A program made the translations under genes and the position numbers. Shown piece by piece: positions 29,773 to 42,879 of a stretch of 64,000 nt of DNA. This stretch comes from Eledone cirrhosa (lineage: Eukaryota). Below the pieces are notes generated by a model that had not been told where the DNA came from, did no database searches, and saw only the letters and a program-made list of their open reading frames with translations. Position 1 is the stretch's first letter. Every line of letters starts with the position of its first letter. The DNA is taken from positions 35,836,001 through 35,900,000 of the forward strand of contig OZ024745.1 of NCBI GenBank assembly GCA_964016885.1. The letters run 5' to 3'.

Positions 29773-30898
29773 CATACAAATATATATATATATATATGAG
29801 ACATACAAATACGAAAAATACCGATAGAAAGATGTTAAACGAAACGTTTTTCAGATACACATTTAATGAGTATACATATTATTCTACAACTATTCTTGTA
29901 TATACATTCATTATACGTGCAAATCACATCGGAGTCATATCACATACACGCAAATATGTATGTATGTTTATATATATATATACAGAGAGAGAGGGGGAGT
30001 GAGAGAGAAAGGGGAAGAGATAGAGTGAGCAATCGATAGATATACAAAGATGTAGATGTAGGTGTATATACAGCACTCATGGTTGTGTGCGCGTATATAT
30101 TTAATAACTATCATATATGGATAGGCTGATGCGAAGAACCACACTCTCAATAATAGAAGTAGTTATGCACTCGCTTGTAACAACATATGTACATTCTCTT
30201 ACAAATATTCATAAGTTTGTGTATGAGTGTATGTGCACATGTTGTGTTTGCGTACGTGTTTGTAGTTTTATACTATTTTTATTGTCCTCTTTCCAGGCTC
30301 TCAGTCTTCTTTTATATTATTTCTACGTTATCGAACTGTTTGGGATCCGGCTTCCCGCAGCCATCCATGAAAACTGTATGTCTTTCTAACAGTGGCAAAA
30401 CACATCAAAATATAAATGGCCGAGACGAAGTCAATCGGTGAAGAGAACGAGACATCAATCTTTGTTGCAGTCATAATAAGTAATAGTTATGATTCTATAG
30501 TCATTTGATGGCTTGGTTGGCTGCTTGACTGGTGGGTTCACTAGTCATAAAAACACCCCAGGTTAATAAGGCCAACATGGGTCGAGAAATGTATATAGAC
30601 AGTAGATAATAAGAATCTGTCTAAATTATAACTAGAGATATTTCATTTCTTCAATACTAATATTGACTTGAAAACGAAAATGAAATATTTTCGGGAACCA
30701 ATTCAATTACTTTGCGAAATTAGCTATTGTAAATATAACTCTAAACATTACAAATCATTCATTATATCATACACATATATAAGTGCCTAATTCAGTTAGT
30801 GAAATATAATAATTAACTGTTTTCCAGTATGATGCCATAACAATCTTCCCAATTTTTTTCTATCTATCTATCATTCTATCTATCTATCTATTTATATG

Positions 30899-30956
<58 letters not shown>

Positions 30957-30964
30957 TATGCATA

Positions 30965-31029
<65 letters not shown>

Positions 31030-31137
31030 GTGTGTGTGTATGTATAGTGCATATAAATTTCTTAAAATATATAAGTTTAGCCGGGTTCAATCGGGGGTAA
31101 CCAAATTAAATATAGTAAATATATATATATATATATA

Positions 31138-31405
31138 TACAAATGAATATATGATAGGGATAAACACTAGTACAAGTATATAAGTGTTTGTATTGCAAAT
31201 GACCAAGTTAGCTAGATTGAAAAATACTAATTTTAATTAGTATTTTTCAATCTAGCTAACTTGGTCATTTGCAATACAAACACGTATATACTTGTATTAG
31301 TATTTATCCCTATCATATATTCATTTGTATTACACGGCTCAGAAATATCCCTTTCTTTGAGCTATTTAATTGTAAAAGACTATTTGAGTAAAAGACTACT
31401 CTCTC
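31138..31405 (+). mobile_element. Asymmetric palindromic insertion (no HHR visible)
   Basis: Arms 31138-31232 / 31237-31330 with a right tail to TA at ~31405; the left arm abuts (TA)n. Confidence 0.75.
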
Positions 31406-31901
31406 TATATAATATATATATATATATATATAAATATAAATTAGCGAGAATCGTTTTCAGCTCAGGAATTAACGAAAATCAACGTCCAATATGTGTGGCA
31501 AGCGCTCTATGAATCGTATGAATCAGAGCTACAACATACGTTAAGGGCCAAACACACTGAGATGATGGTTAAACATATCATCCGCACAGCCAAAACAAAC
31601 GACCAAGTAATTCGGGTCAAACAATAAAAATATATCTGTTGATACTTTCCCGGACCCTGGACTGATGGTAAAATCTAGTATTGGTTTCTGCGACTCCAAA
31701 ATCATGTACTGTCCGCCTACATAAAGAATGTTGGGCTTCTGGTGAGATGATGAACAAGGAAGTCGTGTTATCAACGGGTTTTGCTCCAAGATGCTATAGA
31801 TAGTGTGGCTATTACTGACCCCTCGTGGGATTCAGCAAGGAAGACAACACCTCTATTAAGCGAATGATTCAGTTGTGTATAAAATTGCGAGAATGCAAAA
31901 T

Positions 31902-32701
31902 CGACAATTATGCAAAGATGCAACAGTTATCACTTCCTATATTGGCTACTAGATAATGTTTTGTATATAGAGCTCTACATGTGCGCATGCGTATATGTAT
32001 ATATGTCTGTGTTTGTTTGTTATATATCCGTATGAAGCGAAGAGCATATGTGTGTGTATATGTAAGTATATGATTGTGTGTGTGTGTTTTGGTCTTTATA
32101 AGCTGTAAGAATGTGTATTTCAGACCATAACAGAGCTAAAAGAACCTAGTGGGTGAATATACGCGTGCGTGTGTGACAGCGGATGAGGTAAGCATCTAGG
32201 GGTAGAGAATAATCACGAGCGTATGTGTGCAAGATTAAAGAAATTGGGGAGGGGAGATGAGATCTTTGGGGAAACTGGACCCAAGGTGGAATAACTTATA
32301 TATATATATATTCCACCTTGGGTCCAGTTTCCCCAAAGATCTCATCTCCCCTCCCCAATTTCTTTAATCTTGCACACATACGCTCGTGATTATTCTCTAC
32401 CCCTAGATGCTTACCTCATCCGCTGTCACACACGCACGCGTATATTCACCCACTAGGTTCTTTTAGCTCTGTTATGGTCTGAAATACACATTCTTACAGC
32501 TTATACAGACCAAAACACACACACACAATCATATACTTACATATACACACACATATGCTCTTCGCTTCATACGGATATATAACAAACAAACACAGACATA
32601 TATACATATACGCATGCGCACACGTAGAGCTCTATATACAAAACATTATCTAGTAGCCAATATATGAAGTGATAACTGTTGCATCTTTGGATAATTGTCG
32701 A
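31902..32701. repeat. ~395 bp near-perfect inverted repeat centred on a (TA)n run
   Basis: 31902-32293 is the reverse complement of 32309-32701, with about four mismatches seen by eye. Confidence 0.92.
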
Positions 32702-35689
32702 ACGTATGGTTTAGTTATATTAGTTGATTAATTCCCAATTTCTAGAATCTCATATACACCTTTTTTCGCTTAGGTTCTGCTGTTATCTGTTATACATGTA
32801 ATGCTAAAGGTGTTAGATTCTATAGTTGAATAACTGAGTATATCGTGGCTTTAGACTTGTAGGAAGATATACAATTTGAGTGATATCTAACATAGATGGT
32901 GAATATCATTAGGGAAGACGGATTAAATGTTTCGGGACTAAGTCTCCGCAGGCCTAAATCAGGAGCCACCGGTAAAGAAGATCTCAGTTCCGGGTCGGTG
33001 GATTGGCAAACATATTAAAGATTCGGGCGGGATAATTTACATTATCTGATTCGTGTTTGTGCGTTCTGAGTTCACACCTTATCTCCTTCTGCCAAGAGTT
33101 ACAGCCAGCAGATAGTATCATCATTGGAAAACGCAATGGTCATATTTCCTTGATCCAATCTGATGATCGGCCCATGTCCTTTCTTTTGACGTAGGGAAAA
33201 CTGCCAGAATAAAAACATAAACACGGAGGTTTCTGATTTGTTTTATATGAATTAAAGACTATGCTTTTGGTAAAATTGTAGAAACCTTGTACTTGGAATG
33301 AATGGCTTAAATAACTTAGTTGAAGAAGGTTAAATGACCAATAGTATATGTCTACGATATTCATAAAACCTTATAGAAGATATATTTAATTTAAATAGTG
33401 TCTGCATTTGTGACGTGCAGAACTGTACAAATAGAATTCATTTCTACAGGCTATATTCTAGATAGGTTAGAGGAATCTATTGAATAATATATGATAGTGA
33501 ATCTAAACATTTGTATTGCCATTCGTTCAGAACAGACGAAAATGTACATAGTACTTCAGCTTGTGAAAAATAAGATTGTGTCCTAATAGAATATGTGAAG
33601 AGAATAACTAATAGAATTTGCAAACGAGGAATGGGGAATGTGTGTATTTATATAATGGACTGTAAGTAGGGGAGAACGGGTTAAGTTTTAGGGTGGAAGG
33701 AAACCCCAGAATTTAAATGGGTACATTAATCACAACGTATAATAAGCAACTGAGATAAGCAGAAACATTTAGAAATAAAATAGCTAAAATATTTAAACGT
33801 AATAGAATAAAATCTTTGTGAACAAAGATAAAAATAGTTACAATAAGAAGAATGTATACTAAATCATTCTAAAATAATTTTCCTAAAACTTTATTCATGA
33901 AATCTATGCAATCAAAGTGAATTCATAAAATATAAACAATACCAGAAGGGCGTACTCATTAATGTCCCAGTATTTAGCACGGACGTGGAGGTTATAGTAC
34001 TGAATTAGAGTCACTTTAGTTTTGCATGAATTTATTATTAAGCATAATGTATATATGATATATAAGGATTATATTTTACTTCTTACAATTTTGTGTTTTT
34101 CGGTGGAACAAATTACCAGTTAATTAATAAGACCGATATAATCCTCTACACGTCCTATTGCACTGACGCATATGCCACTATAAAGGCATATTAACATTGA
34201 TATACATCTCATATTTATTACTGTACTGTCATTATGATGCTATTAAATATGTTATCTAATCGAGAGATAAATCACCAAGGTCTTCTGAATAGCCTATATC
34301 CACAGGATTAATTAATTTTAAACGAATAAGTTCCCATATTTTCGGTTTGGAGGAAAACTCCTGAACACATACATTCGAACAGAATTATGAGGAAGATTTA
34401 TCGACATTTACAAACATATGTCTGAAATATACTTGAAATATTTTATGATTAGAAACTTTCAAGTAGTTACATAGGTAATAGTGCTTATATGCAGTAGCTA
34501 CCAAACATCTCCGTGTACATAATAATTTCGTAATATTTTAAACTACGCTCTTCGCTCAAAATGTGTTTGGTTATTCTTGTTGTTGGTGTTTAAATTCAGG
34601 TGAAGACTCCTTGATCAGACTTGTTTCAAAACAGTTTATCCGCCACTTCCTCGTCTTTACGTTATCTAAGGCTACGTTATCTAAGGCACGAACATGTGTC
34701 ATTCCTTCTTTGAAAATAGTATTATGTGATTAAGAACAATTTCACTCTTATTTTCTGCTAAATGAGACACGACCACACAAACCACATTCGGTGACAGACT
34801 GCTACTTACAGGTAATTGGAGTTATCGTTTCGACACAGTAATTGTTTCAGAAATGGTTTAACCGTAAGGCATAAAACCTGCGCCACACATAGCATACCTA
34901 GTGACATGTATTTGAAAATTTCTGAAGGTGTGTGGTTTAGAAGTTAGGGCGTACCCGAAATTCAAAGGAACACTGTTATTAAACAAAGTCATGCATTTTC
35001 TTCTTGAGTACTAACTTGTCTGTGGAATTCTGGTAGTTAATTTCACAATTATCACAGTTCCGTTATTCGGTAAACTGGAACCCGCGCCACAGGAACTGAT
35101 GGAGATTCAATTCACACAGATTGGAAAAGCTGAACCAAATAACTCAACCCCGAGCAGTGTATCATATTAAATTGGAATAAATATTGACAATAATATACAT
35201 ATATACACAGAGTATGTCTATATTTAATTAATATTTCAACAGCACAAGATAACTTTACGGTGATTTAGTGTATCATAATAAAACCATTTATAACGATTTA
35301 CATCTCGTATTTTTGTGAGTGTTTCGAGGACGTATTATAAGCATTTCAACTATATTCTACTATATATTGTAACCTTATTTTCCTCCAACCTATTTATGCT
35401 GGCAACGTATATTATTTGCTACACAGCCACTTACATTCAACTATGGTGTATTTTCTATAGAAAACATAAAATTATTCATCATAATATTTACGAAAGTACC
35501 GTACATAGAGATGATAGAGTTTCCCATGACACAGAAGTGTGTATATATAAATACAAAATTCAGTACGAGCAGACACACACACGCACTCACACATGCACAC
35601 ACATAAACACTTACACACACACTTCACACATACACACACAGATACATCCACACACGCGCACATATATATATAAATATATAAAATAGGTT

Positions 35690-36700
35690 GTGTAGTCGTA
35701 GTTGAGCATAATCCCGGGGAGTATTACCTAAAGGAGGAGTAAGAGGACAGCTAGGCCAGAGGAAAAAGAAATGATATATTATGGAGTTGAAAGGAAGATA
35801 TAATTAGTTCAAATAAGTGACATAAAACTTGTTTAAAATGGTCAAAGTTTTGTGTTTTATTGTTCTTTTTATCTATCGTTAGGATAGAGGTGTAGATAGG
35901 TGTGTGTGAGAGTGAGAATCAGGATTAGAATTATAAAAGAATAAAGTTTGGAATTAAAACTGATTATTATATTTACTGTAGGCGGTAGTTGAAGGGTAGC
36001 ACTTTCGGATCTATGACGGTTCTTCAGATTGGTTGTTTATATTTGGAAAATCCATTTCCGGTCGGATTAAGTGTTCAGATGATTTAGGGTTGATTCTCGC
36101 TTCCTAATGAAATGCGCCTCACCTTTGGTGGCATATAATCTCTGTTTGTTCTGCTAGTATTCTTCTTGTGATGCTTCTTCGACATTCGTTTCTGTACTAG
36201 ACCTTTGCGCTTGGTGGTGTTGTCTTTTGAAAGTGTTCCTGCAATCTGTGTTGTTATTGTAATTTTCTGGAACCCGTGTAGTTGACCCGCATGTGCAATT
36301 TAGCTCGTTTCTTATGCATGTTTGCTTTGTTCAATACTGATATGTAGGTAATGCTTTCGCTGATAGACCATAGCCATAGGGAGAAGGGATGTTTTTCATG
36401 GATCTGTGAGAGGTCTTAGTTATTGGCACTGAAATTTCGGACCGTTTGATACATTATATTAGACGTGTTTTCTGTTTGTTCACAGTGGTATGACAGGTTA
36501 ATCTAGACACAGTTTTTACCTTTGTCTTTGTCTCGTTTCTTTCTTTCTTCCCTCATGTCTCATTCTCTAGCATTTCCGTTTCTCCCTGGTATTTTTTCTC
36601 TAACTTTTCTTATTGTATGGTCTCTCGTTGATGTCTTTCTCCTTGTTGGTTTTGGGTATTTTTATCTTTCGCCGTTGGTGTTGTTGGCTTGAGAGCTCTT
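35690..36700 (-). mobile_element. Highly decayed Penelope-like element 3' end
   Basis: Minus-strand remnants CTCG(V)NYTG and EAHFIRKRESTLNHLNT* (GIY-YIG C-terminus), followed by a degenerate CTGAAGA..CGAAA near 36000-36030. Confidence 0.5.
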
Positions 36701-36934
36701 TTGGTTACTGCTGGAACTAAGAATGGTGGTTGGTGCTGGAGTAGTGACTATGTTCAAATCATTTTGTCACCTCGCATACAATATAAACGCAGCGTTCTCC
36801 GTAGCTTCTTCTCGAAAACAATTTCCGCAAACGCACTAGGGTGGCTTCGCCGCATCTCGTATAATTGCACTGGATTAACGCATTTCTCATTACGATTGAG
36901 CGATATACTCTGTGTATGATGTATGTATGATCTG

Positions 36935-37070
36935 TTTTACTAGCTAAGTTAACTGGAGCAGCGTGAATTAATGTACCATGTCCAATGACAAAATAATGCC
37001 ATTGTGTATTGAACTCACGACTTTACGATCGCGAACCAAATAGCCTAATGAATAAGCTACGTCCCTTCAC
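36935..37070 (-). mobile_element. SINE family 2 head fragment
   Basis: aactggagca.cgtg and gaactcac motifs match 5090-5200. Confidence 0.55.
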
Positions 37071-37379
37071 ATAAATTGTTTATCATAAATTCCTCCCTAA
37101 TGGGAAAATATGTAAAGGAAATTAGCATATAACGCGAGACAAGCATATTAATTAAATTCTTTCAAATTATATGGTACGAGATTTCGAAACTACCCAGTTA
37201 TGACAGCACCTCATCAGCATCATATTAAAGAAGCTTATTTGTAGCTGTAACCTTTTTGATTCGATTATACAATACTCATACGTACATACATACATACTTA
37301 CATACATACATACATATACACACATACATACACAAATACATACACATATAAACATATACATGTACGCACACACACACAG

Positions 37380-37432
<53 letters not shown>

Positions 37433-37482
37433 GAGACACCGACAAGCATACACAATCACAAATATATATATATATGTGTGCG

Positions 37483-37516
<34 letters not shown>

Positions 37517-38411
37517 AGTGTATGTGGATTTGAGTGTATGTGTATTTATAGCTAGGCTACACTATAAATACAGACATATAGGTTCGGATGGTATTGGAAT
37601 GGAAGAAAGCATAAGGTAGATTATCGCCGTAGTTTCCGCGTGGATAGAGAGTGAAGCGTCGCTAAATTGATACACGGCAACCGGAAATTTTTTTCCATCA
37701 CATTTGCCTTCCGTCTCAGGACAGCAATAATTGCTTCTGACAGGTTGAAATCTGCTACATACAATCTGTGAAGTAATGTTATATCCTGTAGATATTTATA
37801 AATAGAAATGTTAATGCTGCAGCCAGCTAGACTTTACACAAACACACTCACACATAAACACGCACAATCACACACCTAACACTCCCAAAACACATACACA
37901 CAAACAAACTCACACACACATGCACTCATATATGCACAAACAATCATAAATAAACAAATATTTACACAGAGAAGCAGACAGACATATGCACACACAAAAC
38001 ATGCACATGCGCACACAAGCTGATTTCTTAATTAAACATTTAACGATATGTCAGCATATATTTGTTTAGACACAACGACATGGATTCATTTACAAACAAA
38101 CACACGTACTGTATATACATATATACGTTTCATATATATTTATATATGTGTATGTATGTATATATATATATATATATATACATACACACACTTGCACATG
38201 TGTGGGTGATTATCCATGCATCTAAGTGTAGGCATGTTGGCATGTGTGCCATTCTATATGAAAATATATGTATATACTATTTATTTCTGTGTTCGACTTT
38301 GTACAACAGAGGAAGACAAAAGGAAATTATTTCACACATACACGCTCATAACTCCCACCCCCACATATATATATACATAAACACACACACATACATATAT
38401 ATATATACATA

Positions 38412-38545
38412 TAAAATTGGTGTTAGATGCTTAAAGCGCCCGTATGCGGTAGGCCGCTTTAGCACTCGATGCTCTCATAGAGCAGAGTATGATATCACAA
38501 AGAAAAGAGAAACAGTGTTGCACTGATTCTCTTTTCTTTGTGATA
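38412..38545. repeat. Micro fold-back between (TA)n and (CA)n
   Basis: tatcacaaagaaaagagaa-acagtg-ttg-cactga-ttctcttttctttgtgata at 38493-38545 with an ~80 bp left tail. Confidence 0.7.
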
Positions 38546-38780
<235 letters not shown>

Positions 38781-40623
38781 AAGTATATATCCCTACACGC
38801 AAAAAGCGTCCAGGGACACATGTATTGTCCAACCATATGCCAATGTGGTTCAATGGCAGGTTAATAATTTAACGAGCCAGAACATATATAATCAAAGTTT
38901 AGCAAATAAGAAAAAGTTTCAAAATAAATTTCAAAAAATTCACTGTACTCACTATGGTCACCTTTACCGAATCGGTTTCGAGTCTCAAAAATAAATGGAC
39001 AGTCCTTGCGGCCTTCCATTGAAAAGATAAACTCTCGTCAGAAGGTTCTTTTCACTCGGAGAATATAAAATTCCCGAGTTCAAATTACGAACTAGCGCTA
39101 TTCCTAATTGTTCCCGAGATGAGAATGAATGATGTGGAAGCAATTCTGTCCAGTGCCGTGTGTAAAGATAGAAGCAGAGACAGGGAGGTCAGTCTACTAC
39201 CACTATAAATAGCACAGTCAAAACGCCAAATTTTATCTCGACCAAGAGAATAATAAATATATATTAGAAAGTGAGGTTTTTTTTTAACAAAATGAAAAAT
39301 AACCGAGGTGTCCTACACCAATGAAAGTATAAGGAAAAAAGATGAAATCGAAAATGCAACTGGAGTCTTTTTTTTTTAAAATATATTTACTTATTTGGTT
39401 CCTTTACCGGTTTCTCAGTTCTTCTACTTTTCAAAAGTACAGTTGAGATGGAGGGTCTGTGGTTTTTCTCACATCTGGTTGGTCTTTGAATGTTACTTGT
39501 TTCATATGGAGAAAAGTGGCTCGAAATCCCAGGTTTTTAGAGAAGTTGTTTGATTGGTTGGTGAATGAGTATAATGAATTTCGCGCCAGTTCGCGTTACA
39601 AAGTTTTTCAAACAAAGGAGGAAGGGGGGTGAGTGAAGTTTGGTTGGTTGATGCAGTCACGTGAATAAGCACATTAGCTTTCGCGCCAGTTGGTGTTTGA
39701 ATTTCTTTTTACTTAAATAAAAGTGGCTCACGAAGGCTTCTTTTTATAAATGTAATTTGATTGGTTATAAATGAAATTATGACTGTCACGTGAGCAAGTA
39801 CATTAAACTCGCACCCGTATTTTGGAAATTTTATATCCATTTACAGAATTTTGTTCCAAACAAAAGATAATGGTTAAGAAAAAAGGGATGGAGAGAGTTG
39901 TTCTGAGTATGACTGATGTGCTGAAATGTAATTTGATTGGTTATAAATGAAATTAAAACTGTCACGTGAACATGTTCATTAAATTTCGCGCCCGTATTTG
40001 GGAATTTATTTTGCAGCCTTTTAGAGAATTTTGTGCCAAACAAAAGATAATGGTCAAGAAAAATTGGATGGGGAGATTGTTCTGGTTCAGTGAATATGGT
40101 TGGTGTGCTGGAGTGTCAGAATTCAGACTTTCTATTGAAATAAAGAAAGTATAGATATGTATGTTTATTTGTGTGCGCGCGTGTGTGTGTGTGTGTGTAG
40201 GAAGATGATTCTATTAGTAGAAATGGGGGGGGGGGGTTGTGTGTGTATGGGTGTTATGTGTGCATGTGTGTGGGAATATGGTTAGCATGTTAATATGTTT
40301 ATATATATATATATTGTGTGTGTGTTGTGTGTGTGTCTGTGTATGTGTGTGTATGTGTGTGTGGGAGTATGGTTAGCATGTTGAGATGGAGAGAATATAT
40401 ATTTTTTTTGTGTGTATAGGAAAATGATTCCGTTAGTAGAAATGGGGGAGGGAGTTATATTGTGTGGAGGCTGTTGTTAGCATGTTAAGGTGTTCGAGTA
40501 TTAACGTATGTTGAGGTTTATTTAGTTCTGGTTTTTATTTTCTAAAGTAGAAGGTGTTATGTGTGTGTGTATATATGTGTCTGTTTGGATGGTTAGCATG
40601 TTATGGTGTTGACATAATGTATA

Positions 40624-41020
40624 TTAAACTATATTTAATGCTGGTCTATATTTTTGAATAAACATATTTTCCTTATTTATTCGTATTTTTCTGTTGAAAT
40701 TTTCAGCGCAAAGATAAAATGGGAAGACTTGGAATTTGGGTGTCTTATTACTTGCGCATATGTCTAGATGTGCGCTTAGTGGTATCTGTCTCGTGGTTGG
40801 ATCTCGTAATCGTTGGCGATGAACTGTCATTCTGTTTCTGAGTGTGAGTTTAGTTTGTCCTATATAATCTTCATTGCATCATTTACATTTAATGGCATAA
40901 AGTAGATTTTTTTATGAGCAAGTGAAGCAAATTTTTACAGCAAGATTTTGTCCTGATTGAAATGTATACGTGTTGCCACAATTAGAACGACCACATTTTT
41001 TGACAGTTGGTTGTGGGTTT
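40624..41020 (-). pseudogene. PLE Cys-linker plus GIY-YIG endonuclease (Neptune-like)
   Basis: PTVKKCGRSNCG..YAIKCK*CNEDYIGQTKLTLRNRMTVHRQRLRDPTTRQIPLSAHLDIC..FPFY..KENMFIQKYRPALN, with stops and frameshifts. Confidence 0.88.
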
Positions 41021-41095
41021 GTTCCAAATAAAACAAGTAACATTCAAAGACCAACCAGATGTGAGAAAAACCACAGACCTTCCCTCTCAACTGTA

Positions 41096-41131
41096 CTTTT
41101 GAAAAGCAGAAGAACTGCGAAACCGGTAAAG
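41096..41131 (+). ncRNA. Hammerhead-like motif, TTGAAAA core variant (twin at 39402-39437 -)
   Basis: CTT-TTGAAAA-GCAGaagaaCTGC-GAAA-CCGG-TA^AAG; stems I and II and palindromic stem III are all present. Confidence 0.65.
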
Positions 41132-41205
41132 GAACCAAATAAATATATATATTTTAAAAAAAAGACTCCAGTTGCATTTTCGATTACATTCCTTTTCCCT
41201 ATATA

Positions 41206-41264
<59 letters not shown>

Positions 41265-41360
41265 GAAGTAATTCCGTCGGAAAAGTCCAGGAAAAAAGAA
41301 TGCTCTATGTAGGTAACAAAGCTTAATAGTTATGTAATAAACAACATAAGGCAATTATTC

Positions 41361-41414
41361 CATTTACCAGTGGTTTCTTAAAAGCAGAAAATGTTGCTTT
41401 CAATCATCAGAATG
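41361..41414 (-). ncRNA. Type I hammerhead ribozyme
   Basis: Mirror of 41500-41553 with an intact core. Confidence 0.85.
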
Positions 41415-41499
41415 AAAAAATCCTGGGCTATTTATTGATATTGGATTCTTTTTTTTTTTTTTTTGGAATCCAATATCAAAAAATTGACCAGGATTTTTT

Positions 41500-41553
41500 C
41501 ATTCTGATGATTGAAAGCAACATTTTTTGCTTTTAAGAAACCACTGGTAAATG
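41500..41553 (+). ncRNA. Type I hammerhead ribozyme
   Basis: CATT-CTGATGA-TTGAAAGCAA-catttt-TTGCTTTTAA-GAAA-CCAcTGG-TA^AATG: perfect core, ~10-bp stem II and 4-bp stem I. Confidence 0.88.
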
Positions 41554-41581
41554 AAATAATTGCCTTATGTTGTTTATTACA

Positions 41582-41644
<63 letters not shown>

Positions 41645-41650
<6 letters not shown>

Positions 41651-42618
41651 TGAAACAAAATGAAAACGAAATTTCATTTCTCACTCTTAGTATGGCACTT
41701 ACTTAAATGTAAGTATGCATGTATACGTACATACATATATGTATACAGACGTACAGTAGCATGCACATATATATATATATATATACATATATACATACAT
41801 ATGCATACAGGTACACATACATATATGCACGTATCAGTTTAGCGGCGCTTATTATAACGTCGCTTTGTTCGTTTGTAAACAAACTGAACAGCCTGAATTT
41901 ATGCCATACGGTGTTAAGGCAACCACGTCACCTTTTTGTTGCCTTAAACCGTATGGCATAAATTCAGGCTGTTCAGTTTGTTTACAAACGAACAAAGCGA
42001 CGTTATAATAAGCGCCGCTAAACTGATACGTGCATATATGTATGTGTACCTGTATGCATATGTATGTATATATGTATATATATATATATATATGTGCATG
42101 CTACTGTACGTCTGTATACATATATGTATGTACGTATACATGCATACTTACATTTAAGTAAGTGCCATACTAAGAGTGAGAAATGAAATTTCGTTTTCAT
42201 TTTGTTTCAATTTATCGTTTTCGGTATGCCTGACCGATTTAACTCACTCAATATGCAAATTAGGCTGCTCAGCCGTTAATTTTCATAAGGAAAGTATATA
42301 CTTTCGAACGTTCAACTATCTGGCAGATGGGTAAGCGGTGCTGATGATAGCTAACAAGCTTGAAACTAGTACATCGTTCCTGTGTCAGTGTTGAACAAAA
42401 AGGTGACGTGGTTGCCTTAACACCGTATGGCATAAATTCAGGCTGTTCAGTTTGTTTACAAACGAACAAAGCGACGTTATAATAAGCGCCGCTAAACTGA
42501 TACGTGCATATATGTATGTGTACCTGTATGCATATGTATGTATATATGTATATATATATATATATGTGCATGCTACTGTACGTCTGTATACATATATGTA
42601 TGTACGTATACATGCATA

Positions 42619-42622
<4 letters not shown>
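41645..42622 (+). mobile_element. Non-coding retrozyme-like ~470 bp partial tandem with inverted 5' arm
   Basis: Arms 41645-41923 / 41938-42215, direct repeat 41938-42150 = ~42410-42622, HHR at 42336-42376, (TA)n on both sides. Confidence 0.85.
42336..42376 (+). ncRNA. Minimal type I hammerhead ribozyme
   Basis: CGGTG-CTGATGA-tAGCTaacaAGCTt-GAAA-CTAG-TA^CATCG, with palindromic stem III ACTAGT. Confidence 0.88.
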
Positions 42623-42660
<38 letters not shown>

Positions 42661-42879
42661 TATATATATACATATATATGTATATATATATATGTATATA
42701 TATTATATATATATATTTTTATATAGATATATATATATATAAATATATATATGTGTGTGTGTGTGTATGTATGCATGTGTGTATGTATGTATGTATGTAT
42801 GTATGTATGTATGTATGTATGTATGTATGTATGTATGTATGTATGTATGTATGCATGCATAGGCAATAAAGAGAATTAA

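Larger units (their letters stand above)
39263..41200 (-). mobile_element. 5'-truncated Neptune-like PLE with inverted terminal copy
   Basis: GIY-YIG remnant at 40624-41020(-), long 3' non-coding region, arms 39331-39502 vs 41031-41200, TA flanks, and an HHR variant in both arms. Confidence 0.88.
41261..41589. mobile_element. Palindromic insertion with two canonical HHRs
   Basis: Arms 41326-41448 / 41466-41589 around a poly-T spacer, left tail to 41261, (TA)n on both sides. Confidence 0.88.

Noticed and set aside
29678-29810. Small inverted and direct gagacatacaaat repeats around (TA)n
   Set aside because: Too short and low-complexity to separate from microsatellite slippage or fold-back noise.
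32918-32960. Minus-strand CCTGCGGA..GAAAC hammerhead-like string
   Set aside because: The core and stems are too degenerate.
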